This document shows, piece after piece, positions 17,765 through 25,998 of a stretch of 64,000 bases of DNA. Each line of letters opens with the position of its first letter. Positions within the stretch are counted from its first letter, which is position 1. The position numbers were made by a program, and so were the translations under genes. This stretch comes from an archaeon (GTDB lineage: Archaea > Nanobdellota > Nanobdellia > Woesearchaeales > SM23-78), in the NCBI GenBank assembly GCA_043801165.1, contig JAZDMG010000007.1, positions 134,155 through 198,154 on the forward strand. Direction: 5' to 3'. Below the pieces are notes generated by a model. The model was not told the DNA's origin and ran no database searches. It saw nothing but the letters and a program-made list of their open reading frames with translations.

Positions 17765-18304
17765 ATGCTTGATGAGCGAAGAGTAAAGGAAGCGAAAAGC
17801 AGCATGGCTGCTTATTTGGCTGACGGCCTCATAAAGAAAAATATTTTCAAGCAGATCATCTTTGACACTTACCTGCGGAATCACAGGGAATCTTTGCGGC
17901 TGGCTGCCTATGTCCATGAAAAAAAGCTTTCTTGCCTCTGGACTGTTGTCATAAGCTATTATTCTATGTTCTACATGGCTAACGCAGTGCTTTATGCTTT
18001 CGGCTACAAAGTAGGTGATTCGCGGGCGCACAGGGTGACTGCTGACGCGCTGATATGCTTTGTCCGTGAAAAGCTCAGGGGTTCGCTTTTGGAATGCTAT
18101 GAAGAAGCCATGGAAGAAGCTTTGGAGATGGCTGGCGCAAGGGCTGATGAGATCATATCCTCATTTGACAAGGAGCGGAAGAAGCGCTCTGAGTTCCAGT
18201 ATGAGACCTCTGAAGACCTGAAGGAGAGCAAGGCCTCTACTTCCCTCCATAGGGCTGAGGAGTTCGCAGTTGAGATGAACCGGCTGCTGAAGAGTTCTTT
18301 ATGA
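17765..18304 (+). CDS. HEPN-domain protein
   Basis: A helical protein. YYSMFYMANAVLYAFGYKVGDSRAHRVTADAL is HEPN-like. ATG 17765 follows the A/T box ttatatta (17733-17740). The track start at TTG 17702 overlaps the repeat. Confidence 0.55.
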   Translation: MLDERRVKEAKSSMAAYLADGLIKKNIFKQIIFDTYLRNHRESLRLAAYVHEKKLSCLWTVVISYYSMFYMANAVLYAFGYKVGDSRAHRVTADALICFVREKLRGSLLECYEEAMEEALEMAGARADEIISSFDKERKKRSEFQYETSEDLKESKASTSLHRAEEFAVEMNRLLKSSL

Positions 18305-18358
18305 AAACATTTATATATTATTACTAATATGTAATAGTATTATTATATAAAGGTAATA

Positions 18359-18925
18359 ATGATGGGTCCCCTGCTGAAGATATTAAGGTTCTTTATCGAG
18401 AATAAAGGACAGGCCAGCATCAACGCGTTGGCTGGAAAGCTAGGGATGAACTACAGGATAGCCTATTATGGGGTGAAAGAGCTTGAGAAAGAAGGGTTGA
18501 TCGCTGTCAAAAGGCTTGGGAACTCAAACCAATGCAGCCTAAGCTACGGGTTCAACGACAAGGTCTTGCTGGTTGAGAATATGAGGAAAGAAGAATTATT
18601 GAAGAATACTGACATAAGCATAATCAATGACCAGCTGGAAGATGTCGAAAATCCGCTCTTCATATGCCTGGTGTTCGGATCCTATGCTTCTTCTAAGCAG
18701 AAGAAGAATTCTGACATAGACATCTGCGTGATAGCAGAAGAGAAAACTTCGGAAGAAGTGAAAAGAGCCATAAGAGGCCATCCTGTCAAGACGCACATAC
18801 TGGCTTTCACGCCGCGAGAGTTCAAGGCGATGATGAAAACAACAGAAGAAAACGTAGGAAAAGAGATCAAAAGGATGAATGTGATACTCAACGGAACAGA
18901 AGAATACTACCGGATGAACAGGTGA
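18359..18925 (+). CDS. wHTH-fused minimal nucleotidyltransferase (MNT), partner of HEPN
   Basis: LVFGSYASSKQKKNSDIDICV is the GS-x(n)-DxD nucleotidyltransferase motif. The N-terminal part is winged-helix-like. Confidence 0.7.
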   Translation: MMGPLLKILRFFIENKGQASINALAGKLGMNYRIAYYGVKELEKEGLIAVKRLGNSNQCSLSYGFNDKVLLVENMRKEELLKNTDISIINDQLEDVENPLFICLVFGSYASSKQKKNSDIDICVIAEEKTSEEVKRAIRGHPVKTHILAFTPREFKAMMKTTEENVGKEIKRMNVILNGTEEYYRMNR

Positions 18926-19820
18926 GGAGGAGGAGCGAGCCTTCAATCAATCCCAACAGCGATACAGGCTCGGAGGAAGCCCATAGCGGTCCAAAGGGTG
19001 CGTCCAGAATCTCTTGAAAAAATAAAATTATGTTGTGGGCTATTGCTCTGCAATAGGCCTCTGCGCGCTGCGCAGAGATCTTGTGGCTAGCGATGCTAGC
19101 CCCAAATTTAGTTTTTATCGCTTTGAAAACAGATTCAACCATTTCTCTGCGATAATATCTTCTATGATGAACATATTTTTGGTTTTCTCTACGTAAAGTA
19201 TGATTTTTATTTCTACTTCTGCCTTTATTTCGCATGGGAATGCAAGCAGTTATTCCTTTGCTTGCGCAATATTCATGCAACCAATTAGCGTCATATCCTT
19301 TATCTGCCACAAGCCATTTGGCTTGTGGACTTCGTTTGAGCAAGTATTTTGCATCTCGAATATCGTGAGCTTTCTTTGCTCTTAGACGCAAAGCTAAGAT
19401 TTTCTTGGTTTTGGTATCGACGACAATGCTCAGTTTAAGGGGTATTTCCACCGGATAAGGTCTGTCGATGCGTCGATAATAGTATGGGCTGGGCAAAGAA
19501 CGACTCATGCCAGTGCCATCAATTGCCAAGATGTAGCTTTTTTTGTCTGCAGTAGCAGACAAAACTCTTTGCCAAAGATTTAACGGTATGCGATTCATAG
19601 CATACCACAAACCAGATTTGCTGGCGCACTTAACTCCAAGACCGCGAAGCATTCTAGTTATCCGACGATAACCTTGCTTGCATTCTTGTTTTAGAACAAG
19701 TGCTAAAAGATGATGTTTTAGCTCATATTTCTTTGGTCCAAAATGGTGTAGCCATCTTGGCATGCCTAAGCGTCTCAGGAGACGCTTAAATTTATTAATT
19801 AGTCTTTCTTCTTTAGCCAT
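18888..19820 (-). CDS. DDE transposase
   Basis: AIDGTG, VADKGYD and REMVESVFKAIK fit a DDE triad pattern. The reading frame has no stop inside the IS and runs through the left IR into flanking DNA. Confidence 0.8.
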   Translation of the reverse strand: MAKEERLINKFKRLLRRLGMPRWLHHFGPKKYELKHHLLALVLKQECKQGYRRITRMLRGLGVKCASKSGLWYAMNRIPLNLWQRVLSATADKKSYILAIDGTGMSRSLPSPYYYRRIDRPYPVEIPLKLSIVVDTKTKKILALRLRAKKAHDIRDAKYLLKRSPQAKWLVADKGYDANWLHEYCASKGITACIPMRNKGRSRNKNHTLRRENQKYVHHRRYYRREMVESVFKAIKTKFGASIASHKISAQRAEAYCRAIAHNIILFFQEILDAPFGPLWASSEPVSLLGLIEGSLLLLTCSSGSILLFR

Positions 19821-19902
19821 TGGGCGAACACCTCAGATGTTTGCCCCCCAGCTAGCCTAACGGCTAGCTGGCTTATTAAATTTTTAGATTCTGGACGCAC
19901 CC
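18996..19902 (-). mobile_element. IS element (IS4/IS5-like DDE transposase) with 17-bp terminal inverted repeats and 9-bp target duplication
   Basis: GGGTGCGTCCAGAATCT at 18996-19012 is the reverse complement of 19886-19902. CGGTCCAAA flanks both ends (18987-18995 and 19903-19911). Confidence 0.85.
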
Positions 19903-19947
19903 CGGTCCAAAGGAAAATTTATAAACTCTTTAACTTTAACACAATGC

Positions 19948-20439
19948 GTGGGATTAAATTCAATCATCAAATTTAAGAAAAAAACACCGGATTGGTGGAT
20001 TTTAACTCTATTGCCTCTTCTTCTCATACTTTCTGTTTCTGTGATAAGTTATTTTACTAATGGGATTTACACCGCATTATCCGCGTTTATCGAACAGATC
20101 TTAACGTTTAGTTTTGTCTTAAGTAGCACAGATCTGGCATTACGTTCAAAAATAGTAAAAGAAGATAAGCGTTCGAGATTACCTCCAATAATACCATTGA
20201 TTCTGGCTTTTATAATATTTATTATTTATGTTGCGTTAATTGATACTATTACGGCTCGATTTTCAAAAGACGTTATTTACTGTGTATTCGTATTAATAAC
20301 AATTATTATTGGTTATGCATCAATTATCTTGTATAACAACAATCCTTACAGTGATCCTTTTGAGCCGAATCCTGTAGAAGAGAAAATTGGTCAAGAAGAA
20401 GCAGACATGAAAAGATTTGAATTTGGAGATAAACAATGA
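19948..20439 (+). CDS. Small four-helix membrane protein, unknown function
   Basis: 163 aa, GTG start, four hydrophobic segments. Its stop overlaps the start of the next gene (ATGA at 20436-20439). Confidence 0.55.
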   Translation: MGLNSIIKFKKKTPDWWILTLLPLLLILSVSVISYFTNGIYTALSAFIEQILTFSFVLSSTDLALRSKIVKEDKRSRLPPIIPLILAFIIFIIYVALIDTITARFSKDVIYCVFVLITIIIGYASIILYNNNPYSDPFEPNPVEEKIGQEEADMKRFEFGDKQ

Positions 20440-21548
20440 ATTCGAATGAAGAGAAGTGGTTAGAAATATCTGTAATGGAGATTGAACAGCCTATTGGGAA
20501 ATTCTATATCGGAAAAGCTTTGGCCAACGATGTTACCAGAATCTGTTCTGCTGATAAAAGACAAAAAGTTATAAATGACGAGCTAGATGCTTACATAGGA
20601 ATTCAAAGACAACTAAATGAGGCTAGAAAAAAAGAAATTGAAAAATTTGTTTTAACCGAAGATGCTAGTTTTCCTAGTTCTGTTGTTCTTGCTGTTAAAG
20701 AAGGGGCATACGAATACGACAATGAGAGAAAAATTATTAAGATTAAAGAAGATAGAAAATCATGCAACATACTCGATGGTCAACACAGATTATCCGGATT
20801 TCCTGCAAACACCGAGAATAAATTTGAGCTTATCCTAACTATCTTTCCGGAACTTGATTTAGAATATCAAAGTTATCTTTTCTCAGTTATTAATACTCGC
20901 AGCACTAGAATTAATCCATCTTTAGCTCAAGATTTATATGCTTTCTCAAAAGTCGACACGCCTGAACGATTAGCTCACAGAATCGCTAGAGTTTTTAATA
21001 AAACTGAAGAAAATCCTTGGTTCATGAGATTGAAACTTCTTGGTATGAGCGACGGTAATAAAAATGCTATTTTATCACAAAGTACATTTACTAAATATAT
21101 TGTTGAATTGATATCAAGAAAAGAGGACACATATCAAATCAGAGATGTTCTGAAGAGAAACAACAATAAGAGAAAAGCTCTTAAAGACTTCAAATCTCAT
21201 GGTCCGCTTTGGGATAAATACATTAACGGTGAAGATAAATATATTTATGATTTATTAAAATGTTATTTTATTGCGGCAAAGCAAAAATTCCAAGATAACT
21301 GGGGAGATCATAACAGCATCATTACAAAAACAACAGGTTACGCTGCATTAATGAATGTATTGAAATATTTATTGAAAAGGGAATTGCCAAACGAACCCGA
21401 TGTTGGTTATTTCAAAAAGTATTTTGATAATATCCCCGACCCGATTATTGAGAGATTAGACAGTGAGCATTATACGCCGGGTCAAGTAGGAGAAAGTGAT
21501 CTTCAAAAAGATATTTTAAAAGGAATGGGATTTGAGAAAGGTAATTGA
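20436..21548 (+). CDS. DGQHR-domain (DndB-like, ParB/Srx-fold) protein
   Basis: NILDGQHRLSGF, with D of DGQHR at codon 114 (nt 20775), and the upstream GIQRQLNEARKKEI motif. Confidence 0.8.
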   Translation: MNSNEEKWLEISVMEIEQPIGKFYIGKALANDVTRICSADKRQKVINDELDAYIGIQRQLNEARKKEIEKFVLTEDASFPSSVVLAVKEGAYEYDNERKIIKIKEDRKSCNILDGQHRLSGFPANTENKFELILTIFPELDLEYQSYLFSVINTRSTRINPSLAQDLYAFSKVDTPERLAHRIARVFNKTEENPWFMRLKLLGMSDGNKNAILSQSTFTKYIVELISRKEDTYQIRDVLKRNNNKRKALKDFKSHGPLWDKYINGEDKYIYDLLKCYFIAAKQKFQDNWGDHNSIITKTTGYAALMNVLKYLLKRELPNEPDVGYFKKYFDNIPDPIIERLDSEHYTPGQVGESDLQKDILKGMGFEKGN

Positions 21549-21581
21549 TTTTAATCTCTTTTCTGATTAGTTGAAAGGAGC

Positions 21582-22364
21582 TTATTTTATATGCGCGTTC
21601 ATCTCTTCAAATCTTTGTTTAGTTAAGTTTAGGAATTCTTTTTCTTTCTCGATTCCAATATATTTTCTTCCTAGCGAGCACGCAACAACGCCAGTCGTTC
21701 CCGAGCCATTAAAGGGGTCTAGAATATAGTCTCCTTCATTAGAGCTGGATGCGATTATTCTTTTCAACAATTCAATCGGCTTCTGAGTTGGATGTGCTCC
21801 GCATTTCTTCTCGCTCATAGGAGTTAAAGGAATATGCCAAATGCTTCGCATTTGCTTTCCTTTCGGGCTTATCTTATCATCCCATTCTTTCATTTCTTTG
21901 TAGTGGAAGATGTGCTTCGCGTCCTTTTCTTTCCTGGCCCAGATTATCGTTTCGTGAGTATGAGCAAAGCAACGACAAGCGAGATTTGGAGGAGCATTGG
22001 GTTTATACCAAGTAATATCATTCAGAATGTGAAAACCCAACGATTGTAAAGCATAGCCCACCTGATAAATGTTATGCGGCGTTCCAGAAATCCAGATCGT
22101 TCCGTTCGGTTTCAAAACACGTCGACACTCCTTTATCCAGCTATAGGTAAATTCAAAATCCTTCTCGAATCCTTTTGATTTATCCCAATCTCCTTTATCT
22201 ACGCAAACCACTTTGCCAGCTTTGCAAGAAATGCCACCGTTTGAGAGGTTATAAGGAGGGTCGGCGAATATTGTGGTTATTGATTCACTTTTTATTTTTG
22301 GAAGCAGCTCTAAACAATCGCCATGCAAGAGAGTAATGTCTTCATCCTTATGATAAACAGTCAT
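21582..22364 (-). CDS. Beta-class DNA methyltransferase, probably N6-adenine
   Basis: N-terminal IFADPPYNL catalytic motif and C-terminal ILDPFNGSGTTGV SAM motif, in beta-class order. Confidence 0.85.
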   Translation of the reverse strand: MTVYHKDEDITLLHGDCLELLPKIKSESITTIFADPPYNLSNGGISCKAGKVVCVDKGDWDKSKGFEKDFEFTYSWIKECRRVLKPNGTIWISGTPHNIYQVGYALQSLGFHILNDITWYKPNAPPNLACRCFAHTHETIIWARKEKDAKHIFHYKEMKEWDDKISPKGKQMRSIWHIPLTPMSEKKCGAHPTQKPIELLKRIIASSSNEGDYILDPFNGSGTTGVVACSLGRKYIGIEKEKEFLNLTKQRFEEMNAHIK

Positions 22365-22385
22365 TCTCTATCAATTCATGACCTT

Positions 22386-22419
22386 GTTTATATTCTTTGC
22401 GTCGAAATGTCCAGTGCTA
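22386..22419 (+). promoter_or_regulatory. Conserved TATA-linked core module (short copy)
   Basis: gtttatattctttgcgtcgaaatgtccagtgcta. Confidence 0.6.
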
Positions 22420-22489
22420 TTATACAAAAAACGGAATATTCTCGTAAAAAGCGAAAATATTATTAACTTTGAGGCATAACATTTTATTA

Positions 22490-23125
22490 ATGACTGAAAA
22501 CTACACAGAAGGCATGAACTATCAAAAGATGCTGGATGTAATAAAGAAGTTAGAATTCGATAAAAAGAAAACCATCTATAAAGAGGTAAATGTTGAAGTG
22601 TATCTAATCAGACCTTCAGAATTGCCCAAACGATTAAAAAACAAATATGATGCTAGTAAAAATTTCCAAATCTGGTTAAAAGAAGATGAAAGAGAGTTCA
22701 AACCGAACCATTTAAGATTAATGATTGATTTGAATCTTAGAGCAAGATCAAGACCTGACTTGAAAAAAGACCTTCTGAAAGCATTCGATAACATATTCTA
22801 CGGAAATGACCCTCTTAAAGAAGTTCAGAAATTATCCTTGGAGAAATTCGAGCATTATCTGAATTCGATCAAAGTAATCGCTGTACTGATGCAGCTCTTT
22901 TTGATTGAACAGGATTTCAATTACATAAAAGACAGTAAATTTGAACCCAAAACGCTATTTTTTCAAGGATGGATTAGAGAATTCATAGACAGTCCAAAAG
23001 AAATCGATAATATGTGCATGAGCGTTTGCAATGGACAACCGCCAAAGATACAATATACTGATAAAGAAAATGGAAAACATAAGAAATACGAAAAAGATCT
23101 AAAACCATTGTGGTATTTGAATTAA
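22490..23125 (+). CDS. Hypothetical protein between two methyltransferase genes (candidate restriction endonuclease; unproven)
   Basis: 211 aa from ATG 22490. An A/T box at 22456-22466 lies 24 nt upstream. No nuclease motif could be assigned with confidence; the call is positional only. Confidence 0.5.
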   Translation: MTENYTEGMNYQKMLDVIKKLEFDKKKTIYKEVNVEVYLIRPSELPKRLKNKYDASKNFQIWLKEDEREFKPNHLRLMIDLNLRARSRPDLKKDLLKAFDNIFYGNDPLKEVQKLSLEKFEHYLNSIKVIAVLMQLFLIEQDFNYIKDSKFEPKTLFFQGWIREFIDSPKEIDNMCMSVCNGQPPKIQYTDKENGKHKKYEKDLKPLWYLN

Positions 23126-23955
23126 TAATTAGTTACTACAACCTCGTTGATTTCTCCACGACCTTCTGCTTTAGAATTAATCATTCTTCTTGCTTTGACA
23201 GTGTGAATTTTAAAATCAGCGTAAATTTCTTTTATTAGTTTTGTATCGCTGTTGCTTTCCATACAGAAGCATCCTTTTTCTGATAGTTTTCTGAAGATTT
23301 CAGCCAGTTTTTTCTGGTCTTTTTCTACAAAATTGTCTTTTGTATATGTCGTGAAGCTCGGTTTCGCATCCAAAGGATGATAAGGCGGGTCAAAATATAC
23401 AAAATCCCCTTCTTTAGCCAAATCAGCAATCTTTTCAAAAGACATTACCTTGATCGTTACGTTTTTTAGAAGTTCAGCGATTCTTCTTAGTTTATCTTCT
23501 TGGACGACATCCGGATTCTTGTAGTCACCCATAGGAACGTTAAATTGATTCTTAGAATTTACTCTATACAATCCATTAAAACAGGTTCGATTTAGATAAA
23601 TAAATCTGGCGGCTCTTTCCAATAAAGGCAAATCGTTTGGGCTGACACTTCTTATTTCATAATAATATTCTTTTCCGTCAGCCAAATGATATTCTTTGTG
23701 TTGCTTTAGCTCTACGATAAGCCGTTCTACATCGGTTTTGATAACATTGAACGCATTAATAAGCTCCTCGTTAGTATCTGAGAGAAAAACCTCTTTTGGT
23801 TTTAAATTTTGAATAACGAAGAAGGCCACAGCTCCGCTTCCTACAAACGGCTCAAAGTATCTATTAAATTTCTTTGGAAAGAGAGGCTTAAACTGCTCGA
23901 TAAGCTGCTGCTTCCCACCAGCCCACTTTACAAAACGCGGAATATCCTCACCCAT
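23122..23955 (-). CDS. Dam-type (alpha-class, D12) N6-adenine DNA methyltransferase
   Basis: The N-terminal WAGGK...EPFVGSGAV SAM motif precedes YFDPPY. Confidence 0.85.
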   Translation of the reverse strand: MGEDIPRFVKWAGGKQQLIEQFKPLFPKKFNRYFEPFVGSGAVAFFVIQNLKPKEVFLSDTNEELINAFNVIKTDVERLIVELKQHKEYHLADGKEYYYEIRSVSPNDLPLLERAARFIYLNRTCFNGLYRVNSKNQFNVPMGDYKNPDVVQEDKLRRIAELLKNVTIKVMSFEKIADLAKEGDFVYFDPPYHPLDAKPSFTTYTKDNFVEKDQKKLAEIFRKLSEKGCFCMESNSDTKLIKEIYADFKIHTVKARRMINSKAEGRGEINEVVVTNY

Positions 23956-24017
23956 ATTCGAAGAATAAGCGGGTTTTATTTAAATATCTTACACTATTGC
24001 AGAGTCAGATAGTATCT

Positions 24018-24066
24018 CCCGAATTCGCCCTTCTGTCTCGTAAGATTCTTTTTGGCGAATTCCCTG
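24018..24066 (-). repeat. Hairpin repeat family, copy E
   Basis: Top strand cccGAATTCGCC-(24 nt)-GGCGAATTCcctg. Confidence 0.7.
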
Positions 24067-24080
24067 CTTTTCCGTCAAAC

Positions 24081-24132
24081 GCCGTAAATTCTCACAGGTC
24101 GCACTGGACATCTATGCGTAGCCTATTTAAAT
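24081..24132 (-). promoter_or_regulatory. Conserved TATA-linked module, copy E (long form)
   Basis: The reverse complement reads atttaaataggctacgcatagatgtccagtgcgacctgtgagaatttacggc. Confidence 0.6.
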
Positions 24133-24153
24133 CAGTGATTCTAATCCTATTTT

Positions 24154-24357
24154 ATGATAATAAGACAAACAAATCCGGAAAGAAAAACTCCAAGGGCGAT
24201 GTGGCATCATGGCACTTGTATGAGATGTAATGAAAGGACTGTTTTGGTTTTGCATTTTGGTTACGACACTTCGCCTGAGTTTTGCTATCAAATTTGCGAG
24301 AAATGCTTGAAAGAGCATCTTCCATTGATTAATCAAAAAATAGGTGTGTTGTATTAA
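24154..24357 (+). CDS. Small CxxC...CxxC zinc-ribbon-like protein
   Basis: 67 aa with CMRC and CEKC. The ATG lies 22 nt downstream of the palindromic TATA at 24124-24132. Confidence 0.4.
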   Translation: MIIRQTNPERKTPRAMWHHGTCMRCNERTVLVLHFGYDTSPEFCYQICEKCLKEHLPLINQKIGVLY

Positions 24358-24433
24358 ATTTCACGGAGAATTTTTATACGATAAACAAAAGATTTATATT
24401 CATTGTTTCAATTTAATTAAAAGAGGGAGAGGC

Positions 24434-25252
24434 ATGATTCGTAAGTCTTTACTTTATAAGAGCAGCGTGGAGTACGCTGACTTCTGCATCAATCATGTTG
24501 AAGGCTGTTCTCACGGGTGCACTTTTCCTTGTTATGCTATGATGATGGCCAAGCGCTTTGGCAAGATCAAGTCTTATTCTGACTGGATTAAGCCGAAAGT
24601 GGTCGAGAATGCTCTTGAGCTTCTTGATAAGGAGATCCCTAAGTACAAGGACCAGATAAAGTTTGTCCATCTCTGCTTCTCAACCGATCCTTTCATGTAT
24701 GGCCATGATGAGGTCAAGGATATGACTTTGAAGATCATTGAGCGCCTGAACAAGGACAATATAAGATGCACTGTGCTCACTAAGGGGGTCTATCCGAAAG
24801 AATTGGCAGATACAAAGAAGTATGGTCTGAATAATGAGTACGGCATCACCTTGGTCTCTCTTAATCAGGATTTTAAGCGCAGCTTTGAGCCTTTCGCAGC
24901 TTCTTACGAGCAAAGGATAAAATCGTTGAAGCGTTTGAGCGATGTCGGTCTTAAGACTTGGGTCAGCATGGAGCCTTATCCTACTCCGAACCTTGTCAAT
25001 CAAAATCTGAAGAAGATTCTTGAAAAAATCTCATTTGTCGACAAGATAGTCTTTGGAAAGCTCAATTATAACGTCAAGACTAGCTTGTTCAAGGACAACG
25101 CTACTTTCTATGAAGGCTGCGCGCAGACAGTGATTGATTTCTGCAAGAAAAAAGGAATAGATTATCATATCAAGTTCGGAACTCAAACCAGATTCGATAA
25201 GGCAACAGCTTCTTTGTTCAAGAAGAAGTGCGAAATAATAGTTCAAGTGTAA
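24434..25252 (+). CDS. Radical-SAM-like protein (SplB/COG1533-like) with an atypical Cys spacing
   Basis: EGCSHGCTFPCYA gives C-x3-C-x3-C, read directly from the DNA at 24503-24529. ATG 24434 is preceded by gagggagagg. Confidence 0.6.
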   Translation: MIRKSLLYKSSVEYADFCINHVEGCSHGCTFPCYAMMMAKRFGKIKSYSDWIKPKVVENALELLDKEIPKYKDQIKFVHLCFSTDPFMYGHDEVKDMTLKIIERLNKDNIRCTVLTKGVYPKELADTKKYGLNNEYGITLVSLNQDFKRSFEPFAASYEQRIKSLKRLSDVGLKTWVSMEPYPTPNLVNQNLKKILEKISFVDKIVFGKLNYNVKTSLFKDNATFYEGCAQTVIDFCKKKGIDYHIKFGTQTRFDKATASLFKKKCEIIVQV

Positions 25253-25277
25253 GCGTCAGCTTCTTATTAAGTCATCG

Positions 25278-25322
25278 CCCGAATCCGCCCTTCGGGTTTG
25301 ATTGCGCCTGGCGGATTCCCTG
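25278..25322 (-). repeat. Hairpin repeat family, copy F
   Basis: cccGAATCCGCC-(20 nt)-GGCGGATTCcctg. Confidence 0.7.
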
Positions 25323-25438
25323 TCGTATGAGTCGTCTTCCCCGTCGTCGTCTTCTTTTACCAACATTTAAAAGCTCGCCCGCTTTCCTTTTTGTCTGGCC
25401 AGGATTCTGTTTTTTCCTGTTCGGGAGTCGTGTTTTTT

Positions 25439-25630
25439 ATGAAAGGATCTGTGAAGTTTTTCAGCGAGAGTAAGCATTTTGGCTTTATTTTGGGCGAGGA
25501 TGGCCAGGAGTATTTTGTCCACGGTTCAGGCATCCTTCCGGGCAATAGTATCACCAAGGAAGACCAGGTGGAGTTCGAGACCGAAGCCGGTGACAAGGGA
25601 GTCAGGGCTATCAAGGTCAGGAAGCTTTAA
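25439..25630 (+). CDS. Cold-shock domain protein (CspA family)
   Basis: MKGSVKFFSESKHFGFILGEDGQEYFVHGS carries RNP1/RNP2-like motifs. ATG 25439 is preferred over the track start. Confidence 0.8.
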   Translation: MKGSVKFFSESKHFGFILGEDGQEYFVHGSGILPGNSITKEDQVEFETEAGDKGVRAIKVRKL

Positions 25631-25690
25631 ACTTTTTTTCTGGAATTTATTTTCGCAAATATTCCGCCTTCCTGACAGCAAACTATTTAA

Positions 25691-25716
25691 ATTACATTGT
25701 ATTACATAAGATTACA
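25691..25716 (+). promoter_or_regulatory. Three ATTACA repeats in 10-bp phase between TATA and ATG
   Basis: attaca occurs at 25691-25696, 25701-25706 and 25711-25716. Confidence 0.45.
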
Positions 25717-25998
25717 ATGGATATCATCACCATCAGGTTCCAGGAAGACATATTGAAGAAGATAGACCAAAGCATCGTAAACCATAACTTCAACTCCAGG
25801 ACTGAATTCATAAGGGAGGCTGTCAGGGACAAATTAGCAGGCCTCAGCAAGGAAGAGGCGATAGACGCTTTCCTGAGCCTGAGAGGAAAGCTCAAGGGCA
25901 GGACCAAGCCTGAAGATGATGAAAAGCTCAAATGGGCGGCAAGCAGGGAGCTGATGGCAGAATTGGATAAGCGTTTCAAGAGACCTTCTCAGGCCTAG
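25717..25998 (+). CDS. CopG/RHH-family protein (antitoxin-like)
   Basis: MDIITIRFQEDILKKIDQSIVNHNFNSRTEFIREAVRDKL. Paralogue of 14329..14592. Confidence 0.7.
   Translation: MDIITIRFQEDILKKIDQSIVNHNFNSRTEFIREAVRDKLAGLSKEEAIDAFLSLRGKLKGRTKPEDDEKLKWAASRELMAELDKRFKRPSQA

Noticed and set aside
17531-24132. Module copies C (+) and E (-), each with an adjacent inward hairpin, as terminal inverted repeats of a 6.6-kb composite transposon carrying HEPN/MNT, the IS, DGQHR and the R-M genes.
   Set aside because: This is attractive, but the two ends are only loosely similar. I found no flanking target duplication, and other copies (22386, 26489) would give competing pairings. It cannot be supported without comparative data.
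25228-25473. ORFs translated across the repeat elements (25228..25473, 27348..27536, 29535..29744, 23997..24230, 26457..26720).
   Set aside because: They coincide with the non-coding hairpin/module repeats, and the repeats are conserved at the nucleotide level in both orientations, which is inconsistent with coding.
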